DNA of 32,000 nucleotides. It comes from Candidatus Electrothrix sp. GW3-4 (lineage in GTDB: Bacteria; Desulfobacterota; Desulfobulbia; Desulfobulbales; Desulfobulbaceae). Location: NCBI RefSeq assembly GCF_037902255.1, contig NZ_CP147990.1, positions 2,160,001 through 2,192,000 on the forward strand. The letters run 5' to 3'. Position numbers and translations under genes: made by a program. Under the pieces are notes generated by a model that worked only from the letters and a program-made list of their open reading frames with translations, was not told where the DNA came from and did not search any database. Shown piece by piece: positions 23,549-31,848 of the stretch; position 1 is the first letter of the stretch; every line of letters starts with the position of its first letter.

Positions 23549-25744
23549 ATGAAAAAAAAAGCTAGACTTCGATTATGGGTAATAATGATCCTGCTCTTTT
23601 GGGACGGTAGGACTATTTTTGCTTATTCTAAGGAGTTTCCCTTTTCAATTATGCAGGATGAGTTATCTGGGCCAGTAGATTTTTCCTACCTCAATCATCC
23701 AATAACCAATAAAGATAAAATTTTTGTAAAAGATGCTCATTTTTTCCGTGTGGGGAAAGATCTAAGGCCTTTTAGTGATGATGATGAACGAGTGAGGTTT
23801 TTTGGAGTCAACCTGTCATTTGGTGCCAATTTTCCAGAGGAGAAAGATGCCCACAGGATCGCTAACCGTCTATGCCGACTTGGTGTTAACTTAGTACGGT
23901 TGCATCACATGGATTCTAGGCCAGATGCCGATCCACGTACTGCAAATAGTATTTTGACAACTGCCCCATATCCTACACTTAATTCCATAGCCGCTACACG
24001 ACTTAGACGATTAATTAGTGAGTTGCAAGAAGCTGGTATTTATGTTGATCTGAATTTACATGTCGGATACAAATTTCGTCCGGTAGTTGATGGGTTAAAA
24101 GTTTTGTCAGATGACCAGCAAATGCCACGGCATAGCAAACCAATACACATATTCAATGAGCGCATGATCACTCTTCAGGAGGACTACACACGTCTGCTGA
24201 TTAGTGAGCTTAAGTTAAATGACAATCCCGTATTAGCATTTGTCGAGATCAATAACGAATCCTCATTAGTAGATGCATGGCTGTCCCGGCGGATTCCTGG
24301 TGATCACACCGGAGGATATCTGAGAGATCTAATGAAAGGTTGGCGGTCATATCGCACAAATTATTTGAGTTCGGCTGATTCTGCTTTATTCTCTAAGAGT
24401 TGGGCTGAAAAAAAAAACTATTTGAGATATCTAGTTGAAATGGACCAACGTTACCTCGATCGCATTAAACGAGTAGTTCAAAATACTGCAGGTATGCTAG
24501 TTCCGGTAGGGGGTACGCAAATAAATTTTGGTGGTCTGGTCAATATCGATAGTCACGTTAATATGGACTTTATGGATACTCACCTCTATATTGATCACTA
24601 TCAATTCCCTAACGACCCAGCTGACCCCAACGACTGGCGAATAAAAAATCTATCCATTGCCAGTGAGGAAGGTATACTCAAGCTAGCAAACAGTGCCTTT
24701 TTAAGAGTATGGGACAAGCCATATACAGTTACGGAATTTAATCAGCCTTGGCCCAATACCCATGGAGCAGAAATTAACCCGGTGATAGCAATGGTTGCTG
24801 CCTTTCAAGATTGGGATGCGGTGGTCTTTTACTCCTATGCTCATCGCCGTACTTGGGATAACATTTTGCCAAACGGATTTAATTTAGATGGTGATATTGC
24901 CAAGTTAACAAATTTTGGTCAAGCTGCATGGATGTTTCGTGCAGGAATTGTATCAAAAGGAAAGAAAACTATTCAGCTCAAAATTGACGAAAAAGAAAGG
25001 ATTTTAGCAGCAACACGACGGGTTAGTGGTTGGAAAATATATAATTTTATTGAGAGTAAATATAATGTCTCTCCACTACTACCACTAATGCATGCCGTAG
25101 CTATAGCTGATGGTAAATCCCAAGTTTTTAAAAAAAGTAACCTGTCACAGAAAAAGTTCATTGTGGCCGATACTGACGAGTTCATTTACGATCGTATTCA
25201 ACAGCGTATATTACTTAGATCAGCACAAGCGGAGGGGGTCATTGGACAAATGCAGCAAGGTGAGCGTATAGCTTTGGATACAATTGCAGTAGAAGCCCGC
25301 AAAAAAAATAGAAACCTAACATTAATAATTTCAGCACTTGATGATCAAGAGCTTTCTGATTCATCACATTTGCTACTGACAATTCCTGGGCCAGTCATGC
25401 GATCGCATATCAATTCATCAACAATTCTACCAGAGCGACTTATCAATTACCCACGGGCACGAGGATGGGTAACTCTTGAGCCTCCTATTAGAGGAAAAAA
25501 CGGCCCTTCAGGTTCATTTGTCAAAGGTAATGCACCAACATGGATGGGGATTAGTCCTGTGGGCATTACGTTAATTTCTCAATTTGAAAATATTATGGTT
25601 TATCCCATGGATAAAGCTGGTAGAAGATTAATACCGCTTTCAAATGAGTACGTTAGAAAAATTCCAAGAGGATTTTGTATAGATATACATTCTGCTGGAC
25701 AAATATTTTCAGGTTGGTATGAAATAGTTCTAACCACTAGGTAA
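23549..25744 (+). CDS. secreted clan GH-A (GH5-like) TIM-barrel glycoside hydrolase with about 300-aa uncharacterised C-terminal region
   Basis: N-terminal signal-like KKKARLRLWVIMILLF, RFFGVNLSFG, VNLVRLHHMD, acid/base-type FVEINNES and nucleophile-type YTVTEFN. AT-rich. Confidence 0.55.
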   Translation: MKKKARLRLWVIMILLFWDGRTIFAYSKEFPFSIMQDELSGPVDFSYLNHPITNKDKIFVKDAHFFRVGKDLRPFSDDDERVRFFGVNLSFGANFPEEKDAHRIANRLCRLGVNLVRLHHMDSRPDADPRTANSILTTAPYPTLNSIAATRLRRLISELQEAGIYVDLNLHVGYKFRPVVDGLKVLSDDQQMPRHSKPIHIFNERMITLQEDYTRLLISELKLNDNPVLAFVEINNESSLVDAWLSRRIPGDHTGGYLRDLMKGWRSYRTNYLSSADSALFSKSWAEKKNYLRYLVEMDQRYLDRIKRVVQNTAGMLVPVGGTQINFGGLVNIDSHVNMDFMDTHLYIDHYQFPNDPADPNDWRIKNLSIASEEGILKLANSAFLRVWDKPYTVTEFNQPWPNTHGAEINPVIAMVAAFQDWDAVVFYSYAHRRTWDNILPNGFNLDGDIAKLTNFGQAAWMFRAGIVSKGKKTIQLKIDEKERILAATRRVSGWKIYNFIESKYNVSPLLPLMHAVAIADGKSQVFKKSNLSQKKFIVADTDEFIYDRIQQRILLRSAQAEGVIGQMQQGERIALDTIAVEARKKNRNLTLIISALDDQELSDSSHLLLTIPGPVMRSHINSSTILPERLINYPRARGWVTLEPPIRGKNGPSGSFVKGNAPTWMGISPVGITLISQFENIMVYPMDKAGRRLIPLSNEYVRKIPRGFCIDIHSAGQIFSGWYEIVLTTR

Positions 25745-25745
25745 T

Positions 25746-25795
25746 AGGAGCATCCGAAACTTATGCCCTCTACCATTGTACAGGACAAAAAATAT
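25746..25795. mobile_element. 50-bp stub of an element sharing the terminal inverted repeat of the 28460-28569 MITE
   Basis: AGGAGCATCCGAAACTTATGC (25746-25766) matches the MITE left TIR GGGAGCATCCGATACTTATGC at 19/21. It starts 2 nt after the hydrolase stop codon, with its outer end facing the hydrolase gene. Confidence 0.55.
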
Positions 25796-26398
25796 CGACC
25801 TGTGCGAGCGGTGAAGTCGCATGTTTCGTCCAGCTCAAGGTTACAAGCGGAGCAGGTGCCTGCTTTGTGAATGATGGTGTCGTGTACGGGAAGTTTTTGC
25901 GTTCGACCATGCCCGGTGGCACCGGGTTGCTTGCCGGGTTTGTTGCCCTTGGGGCGATCATCGGTATTTGTTGGGGAACCCTGCTGGTCGGACTTGTCCG
26001 CGTCTTCATCATGCTCGGCGGACTCCTCGTCAGAATCGTCGAGTTCTATGTGCGCGGGTTCGTTTTGCTCTTCATCCGGTTCTTCCTCGTCGGCATCGAA
26101 CCGGGCCCAGGGAAAGTTTGAGCCAGGAGGCATGGAGCTGTTTGCGGAATTTTGCCCCAGCCGTTCGTGAAGTTCTTTCAGGTCATCAAGAAAGAGCAGG
26201 CACAGCTCCTTTGTATTCTTACCGGGCAAGGAGTCGATAAACTGCTTATCTATTTTTCGCAACTCTTCTCTGGATAGGTGCATGCGAACTCAGAACGTGG
26301 ATAGATCTCGTAAAAAACGTTGTGACCGTTAAACTATCGTGATCCTCTTTTTTGTCCAGTTCTTTTTTGTGTGGAATGAGGGGGGTGAACGGTTACCC
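25796..26398 (-). pseudogene. IS66-like element, copy B: left terminus + first ~163 codons only, inverted relative to copy A
   Basis: The reverse complement of 26362..25796 aligns with 21947..~22535: 79 bp upstream is identical, the coding part has roughly 7-9% mismatches by eye plus a 12-nt indel. Homology stops at ...DETCDFTARTG. The rest of track ORF 25600..26283 is not IS66-like and overlaps the hydrolase 3' end. Confidence 0.8.
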
Positions 26399-26796
26399 TT
26401 CAGCGCTTTCACCAGGTCGTCCGGTGTATCGAACTTCCGGTACGGCATAACTTTCAGATCAACAAGAGTATCATACAGAATCGGACAGAGTCTGTGCAAA
26501 TTTTCATTCGCTTTCGAACGGGACATGCCGAACAGGGTTCCGAAAACATCAAATGTCGGATATACTTTAAAATAGTAAAGCAGAAAAAGCAATTTGTCCC
26601 GCACGGTGGGCAGGGCTCCCTTTTTACCGCCTCCTGGGCGGCGCTTGCGAGTCCCTTCGGCAAGTCCCTGTCGATATGCCCGCTCTTTCATCGCTGCATG
26701 GGCGTTACCGAATGTTTCCGACAAAATTTCAAACTGTTCTCGATTCAGGCCGGTCAAGGCACGCAACTGGCGATCATCACGTATTTTCATGCTCAT
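26329..26796 (-). pseudogene. N-terminal fragment (~132 codons) of an HTH_Tnp_4/DDE_Tnp_4 (IS5-like/Harbinger-type) transposase, truncated by IS66-like copy B
   Basis: LTGLNREQFEILSETF...RRPGGGKKGALPTVRDKLLFLLYYFKVYPTFDVFGTLFGMSRSKANENLHRL. The DDE domain is absent, and the reading frame runs into the IS66-like terminus at about 26398 and stops at 26329. Confidence 0.65.
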
Positions 26797-27097
26797 CAGG
26801 TTCTCCCGTTATTTTACGCTGGAATTTACCTGATTTTTAAAAAGGAACAAGTCTATTGTACAATTTGCTCTTGGGGATGAGTTGGTCATTAATACCTCCA
26901 TAAGTACCCTACTAAATATAATCGACACTCTAATTTGGCTGCCGAACTGATTTATTGGTATGTTAGAGCACAAGAAATGTCGATTATTCAAGGGTGACTA
27001 CTTATAGTTACCACGGCAGTTATGATTTGTTATCTAACTTTCCAATGATAATCATATGGCTGATTATGTAAAAGAGCCCCTCCCCTAAAAACGTAAT

Positions 27098-27125
27098 AGT
27101 CAGCTAATTTGCTGACTGACTTTTT
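27098..27125 (-). terminator. 7-bp hairpin downstream of the GT26 gene (weak, possibly bidirectional terminator)
   Basis: AGTCAGC-taattt-GCTGACT. T5 follows 3 nt after the stem on the + strand; on the - strand the stem is followed by ATTACGTTTTT. Confidence 0.3.
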
Positions 27126-27141
27126 GCCGGACCATCAAATA

Positions 27142-27918
27142 TTATCGTGTTGTATTTGCTAATTCTCTCATAACAATACCTATAAAAGATACATCTTCTA
27201 CAAGATAGCGGCGCCACAGGCGAACTGGATCAGAACAAAGTCTCCACAACCACTCCATCCCAGTTGATTGTAAAAATATTGGAGCACGCTTTATCCTTCC
27301 GAAGGTGAAATCCAAAGCCGCACCGACACCGAGAACAAGCCCTGCCTGCAATCTCTTACGATGAATAAGACCAAACAGATCCTGTTTTGGAAAACCTAGG
27401 CAGACAAATACAATATCAGGATGTGCCTTAGAGATATTTTCTATAGCATTTTCTGCCTCAACTCCTTTTGGACTAAACTCGAATGTAGGGCACATAGCAG
27501 TTACCCTTAACCCTGGAAATTGAGCCCTAAGTGTAGCGCAGATATTGTCCTCCTCCCCAGGAAATCCTCCTAATACGAAGACATGCCCTCTTTGGCTCGC
27601 AAGTCCTTTGCAAAGGGCAGGGAACAAATCTGCTCCAGTAATACGCTGGCATAATCCTTTGCCTACTAGCTTACTAGCAATAACTAACGGGAATCCATCA
27701 GGAAAAATATAATCTGCAGAAGCATATAGTCTACATAATATGGGGTCGCGGTCAAGCTTTACAATGTGATCAACGTTGGGAGTTACTACAACTTTACATC
27801 TTCCACTTTTAGAGGATATATCGCTTAATAAAATATTAACTGCACTCGTGAACGTAGTTGATAGAATTTCGAGGCCAAAAATATTAATCGTTTCTAGCTT
27901 TGTGTAATCTTTTTCCAA
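27142..27918 (-). CDS. WecB/TagA/CpsF-family (GT26) glycosyltransferase; native start unclear (TTG 27918 proposed). The ORF is open upstream to 28308 through IS66-derived sequence.
   Basis: The GT26 alignment begins at ...TINIFGLEILSTTFTSAVNILL and continues VVVTPNVDHIV, FPDGFPLVIAS, ITGADLF, FVLGG, VCLGFPKQD, GVGAALDFTFGRIKRAP and MEWLWRL. That is about 258 aa, the usual family length. Confidence 0.75.
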   Translation of the reverse strand: MEKDYTKLETINIFGLEILSTTFTSAVNILLSDISSKSGRCKVVVTPNVDHIVKLDRDPILCRLYASADYIFPDGFPLVIASKLVGKGLCQRITGADLFPALCKGLASQRGHVFVLGGFPGEEDNICATLRAQFPGLRVTAMCPTFEFSPKGVEAENAIENISKAHPDIVFVCLGFPKQDLFGLIHRKRLQAGLVLGVGAALDFTFGRIKRAPIFLQSTGMEWLWRLCSDPVRLWRRYLVEDVSFIGIVMRELANTTR

Positions 27919-29240
27919 ATAAGGCTCATTATTGTAGTGGGCTCGAACTACTTCAAGCACGCGTTTTGAGATCCCGAAGTTCCTTTTTTGTAACCTAATC
28001 ACAGGGCCCCACTGCTGCAGCCTGTCTGATCCAACCCATATCGGGAGTTTGCCGTTTGAAATAACAGCGTACGGCATCAGTGAGTATCTTGAACGTGGAT
28101 TTACCTTGGAGCCTGCATATCTGCCTAAGCGAGAGGATTCGTTCAGCAAAATTATTATGGGACCCACGCCTTCCTCAAACAGGAAGGTAAAAAGTGAGTC
28201 CATTTCATCCTCAAGATGGATGGCGGACAAACTTCCCAGCATCACTGTCGCAGTCACGATACAGCGCAATAAGTCGGCAAAGTCGAGCATAAAATGATGA
28301 CCATTCACCCCGAGTCGGTGGATCCTTCGCCATTTTACACAACCGTCTCAGTTCGGCGGCAGCCCATCTTCCACATTTGGCAAGCTCCGGGTCATCACGT
28401 TCGGAAAGTCCTTGTGCCCTACGTATCAGGTGGGCAAGACAGGTTTGGCGGCCATTGACGGGAGCATCCGATACTTATGCAGAAACGCCAAGCCTGTACT
28501 AAATATGGCGCATAAGCATTGTCACGCTATATCGCATATAGGCAAACGCTATAAACTTCGGATGCACCCGCCATTGACCCAGCTCTGATAGAGTCTGTAA
28601 CCGTCACTGACCAGGATACCTTCCCAGATACAGATAAGCTGTTCAAACGCTTCCTTGGATCGGTGTCGATGCAGAGCATGAAATAGGCGACCGTCGAATT
28701 GATCATAACCCACAACCAGTGGAGCTTACCACCTTTTTTCCAGGTGGTTTCGTCAAGATAATTGACTTCCTGGCTTCGGGCTACGTCCCGTATAGATTCA
28801 TAATGCGGTTTGACTGCTGCTGAGGCCCGATCAATGATCTTCTGCAGGGCTCCGAGGCTGATTGGAACACCGAGAACGGAAGAACAAAAAGTCTGAACGG
28901 TCTCGCGGCTGTTGCCGTCAATCCCGCTGATCTCGCCGACCAAGGCAGTAAATCTCGGTCCGAAACCCGTCTTGAACTCTCCAGGAACATATCCTTTACT
29001 GGTTTTTCCGCAAGCAGTGCATTCACCTTTATAAAGAATGAAATGAATGACCGACATAACAATTTCGGGGAATTCGATGTGCTGGTGGGTATAGTACGGT
29101 TCAAGATTTTTAAAGCTGCTGCAGCCGCAGGAACAGGGGAAGGGCGTTACATCCTGCGTTTCCGTGGGCGACATGAATTTCTGCCGTGATCCTTTGCGCT
29201 TTTTGGGAGGTTTCTGCGATCCTTGTCCCTCCTTTTAAAG
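27904..29240 (-). pseudogene. IS66-like transposase, copy C: 5'-truncated by the IS3 element, at least two frameshifts (~28680, ~28220), interrupted by a MITE, 3' end in frame with the GT26 gene
   Basis: Frame 1: PPKKRKGSRQKF..CSCG...CTACGK...NYLDETTWKKGGKLHWLWV. Frame 2: HRSKEAFEQLICIWEGILVSDGYRLYQSWVNG. After MITE removal: RQTCLAHLIRRAQGL...GEWSSFYARL.... It then continues in the 388-aa ORF frame as DSLFTFLFEEGVGP...IRLQKRN.... The 3' boundary (~27904, ...GATTAC) is inferred. Confidence 0.7.
28460..28569. mobile_element. 110-bp MITE with ~19-bp terminal inverted repeats and a 9-bp target-site duplication
   Basis: The TSD GCCATTGAC is at 28451-28459 and 28570-28578. The TIRs are GGGAGCATCCGATACTTAT and GGGTGCATCCGAAGTTTAT (reverse complement), matching 15/19. 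Excision restores the IS66 reading frame ...SWVNG|RQTCLAHLIRR. Confidence 0.85.
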
Positions 29241-30571
29241 TGGACCCTATAGTCAACACAAAATTTAGCATAATTTAAGATAGATTTCGGGCTAACAACA
29301 AACTCTCTTATCTGGTGATTTCCTCCTATATTTGTTTGACTGTATCTCATGAGCAATAATGAATATCTTCAGGAGATCTGTACCCCAAAGACTGATGAGG
29401 ACGTCGAGTGTTATAAAACGAAAAATACTCTTCCAGCCCCTGGTATAACTCATTGCCATTTCGATAGTCTTTCAGGTAGATATTTTCGTACTTTACTGTA
29501 CGCCAAAGACGCTCGACAAAAATATTATCCAGTGCTCGGCCCTTGCCGTCTATGCTGATTTTTACATCAACATCTGTCAGGCGTTGTGTAAACTGCTTGC
29601 TTGTGAATTGCACTCCCTGATCTGTATTAAAAATATCGGGTAATCCATGAGTTAATGCTTCATCAAGAGCTTCGACACAAAAATCGTTATCCATCGTATT
29701 GGATATACGCCAACTGAGGATGTATCGGCTGTACCAGTCAATAATTACCGTCAGATACATGAAACCGCTCTGCATCGGAATATACGTGATATCAGTGCTC
29801 CAAACCTGATTGGGACGATCAATCAAGATGTTCCTCAAAAGGTATGGATAAACTTTGTGTTCAATATTCCGATGAGTTAGTTTCGGTTTCGGGTAAATAG
29901 CCTCAAGCCCCATTAGGCGCATCAACCGTTGAACCCGTTTTCTGTTAACATGAAAAGCACGCCGTTCCAGCTCGATGACCATCCGTCTGCTTCTGTAAAA
30001 AGGACAGTCGGTGTAGATCTCATCGATAATTCGCATCAATTTGAGGTTCAGTTCGCTCTCAACCGCTGGCTTGTAGTAATAGCGGGATCGACTGATGCCA
30101 AGCAGCTCACATTGCCTCTGGATGCTGATCGACCTATGCTGAGAATCAATTAAATCAAGGGGATCCGAGTAGGGCTCAGACTTTTTTTTAAGCCAGTCCA
30201 GCTCCATTTTCAGACGACCGATTTCTTCGTATAAGCGTTTTTCAGCCTTGCGGGAATCATCTTTTGCTTTACCGCGTTTTCGGCTGAATATTTCGGTTAC
30301 TCCTTCTTTTAGCTGCTTTTTCCAGGTGCTAATCTGGTTTGGCTGAATCTCATACTGGGAGGCCAGTACATTAATCGGCTTTAGTTCTTTCAGTGCTTCA
30401 AGTGCAACTTTTCCTTTAAATGCAGCTGAGTGGACTCTTCTTTTACGTGACATGCGTAGATTCTCCGGTAGTGGCTGTATGAATTTCGGACTCGTGCCAA
30501 GCGCACCAAAATACATTCAGCATTTTTAGAAAAAAATCTACCTTAAATAGCTGTCCAAGAATAGGGGTCCA
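29241..30571 (-). mobile_element. IS3-family insertion sequence (1331 bp), TG...CA termini
   Basis: The ends are TGGACCC(C)TAT... in inverted orientation (29241-; reverse complement of 30571-), plus a subterminal ATTTAAGRTAGATTT match. There is no flanking direct repeat (AAAG vs TTAT). Confidence 0.8.
29347..30453 (-). CDS. IS3-family transposase with OrfA (HTH/leucine zipper) and OrfB (DDE integrase) in one continuous frame
   Basis: Start ATG 30453 follows GGAGA. The OrfA part is MSRKRRVHSAAFKGKVALEAL...LKMELDWLKKK. The OrfB part has WSTDITYIP...TVIIDWYSR...FNTDQGVQFTS...VERLWRTVKYE. An A8 run lies at the orfA/orfB junction. Confidence 0.85.
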   Translation of the reverse strand: MSRKRRVHSAAFKGKVALEALKELKPINVLASQYEIQPNQISTWKKQLKEGVTEIFSRKRGKAKDDSRKAEKRLYEEIGRLKMELDWLKKKSEPYSDPLDLIDSQHRSISIQRQCELLGISRSRYYYKPAVESELNLKLMRIIDEIYTDCPFYRSRRMVIELERRAFHVNRKRVQRLMRLMGLEAIYPKPKLTHRNIEHKVYPYLLRNILIDRPNQVWSTDITYIPMQSGFMYLTVIIDWYSRYILSWRISNTMDNDFCVEALDEALTHGLPDIFNTDQGVQFTSKQFTQRLTDVDVKISIDGKGRALDNIFVERLWRTVKYENIYLKDYRNGNELYQGLEEYFSFYNTRRPHQSLGYRSPEDIHYCS

Positions 30572-30609
30572 TTATACCCAAGCCGTTTAGGCGCTATTAA
30601 TTTGCCGGG

Positions 30610-31848
30610 TTAATAACTTACAGTCAATTTATGCGGATTATCTGTAGCAAAAGCGGTAATAAAGAAAAGAGTAAAGAGACTAATAGCCAAGGGCTCATGC
30701 ATCAGTAAAAGTATAATAATACAGAATACTAAGCTGCTATTCTCAGGAGCTAGCCACTTAGAAAAATTATAAATGAGGTATAAATAATAGCACAAGAAAA
30801 TACCCCCGAACATATACCAAATCGAGATTATAGAATTTGAGATACCACCATCATAGATTTCCTTACTCTTATTTCGTTCGAGTATTAATAAATAATAGAA
30901 ACTGCTAAAATCTTTTCCACATCCTATAAAAGGCTTTTCCATAGCTGCTCGCAGCCCAATATCGAAATCAATCCATCGTGTTTTTGCGCTGGAATCATTT
31001 TTCAAATCCCTGTGAAAAAATCTACTTAGCGCTCCAATACTTGTTTTCGGGCTGATATAGCTAGTAGCAGCAATAAGGGTCACCAGCATTATTAGGGAAA
31101 ATTGTATCACGAACTTTCCAGTGAACCGTTGCTTTCTAATCAGGAGTATATATTTGTAATAAAGGAAAAGGAAAAGGAAAATAGTGATAGCTCCCATTGA
31201 TACTGTCGATAGCACAGTTAAACAATATAGCCATGCTCTACGGTTATTATTCAAATGATAGGCCTTAAATAAATAGACAAAAGTTGTAAAAAAACCAAGC
31301 ACGCCAGGTTCCCAAAAAAAACCTTGATTTCTCATAAATCCATACTTTGCTATATCTGCAGCACGGGCATAGCCTAGCCCCAAGAAGGTAGTGACATTTC
31401 CCTGAACGTATAATTCTCCTGCGTTAAACATTAAATAGGAAGCAAATTTGCTGCCCAAATAGGGGACAACGTTAGATCCAATGAAGGTTATCAGTGAGAG
31501 CAGTGCTATTATCTCAAAAACAGAGCATAGACGTTCAACTAACAATTCATTACCAAGGGATAATAGGTACATTGACAGAATAATAGCCGTTATTATTTTA
31601 AAGATAAAGCTATAACTGTAAACATCGATCAATGAATCTCCACGAACAAGCACAAGCCCTGAAAATAGTATCAGTATAATGATCTGACGTACTATAGACT
31701 CTCGCACAAGAGCTATTTTTTTTGTGGAAAGAATTCCAAATATCGTAATTAATGCGATAAAAACATACATAAAATCAGTCTTATTAAGGACTACAAGAAT
31801 ACTGCCGGATACTACAAAAATTAGTAGTAATAATATACTGTAAATCAT
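30610..31848 (-). CDS. polytopic membrane protein, O-antigen polymerase/ligase (Wzy_C-like) family
   Basis: 412 aa with about 10-12 TM helices. A loop motif MRNQGFFWEPGVLGFF resembles the Wzy_C R-x-x-G...P-N/G signature. The gene is AT-rich, and its ATGA start/stop overlaps the upstream ORF. Confidence 0.55.
   Translation of the reverse strand: MIYSILLLLIFVVSGSILVVLNKTDFMYVFIALITIFGILSTKKIALVRESIVRQIIILILFSGLVLVRGDSLIDVYSYSFIFKIITAIILSMYLLSLGNELLVERLCSVFEIIALLSLITFIGSNVVPYLGSKFASYLMFNAGELYVQGNVTTFLGLGYARAADIAKYGFMRNQGFFWEPGVLGFFTTFVYLFKAYHLNNNRRAWLYCLTVLSTVSMGAITIFLFLFLYYKYILLIRKQRFTGKFVIQFSLIMLVTLIAATSYISPKTSIGALSRFFHRDLKNDSSAKTRWIDFDIGLRAAMEKPFIGCGKDFSSFYYLLILERNKSKEIYDGGISNSIISIWYMFGGIFLCYYLYLIYNFSKWLAPENSSLVFCIIILLLMHEPLAISLFTLFFITAFATDNPHKLTVSY

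Noticed and set aside
25600-25795. 3' third of track ORF 25600..26283 (..FLSCTMVEGISFGCSYYLVVRT..)
   Set aside because: IS66 homology ends at about 25796. The remainder reads through the MITE-family stub and the antisense strand of the hydrolase 3' end, so it is a read-through artefact of the truncation.
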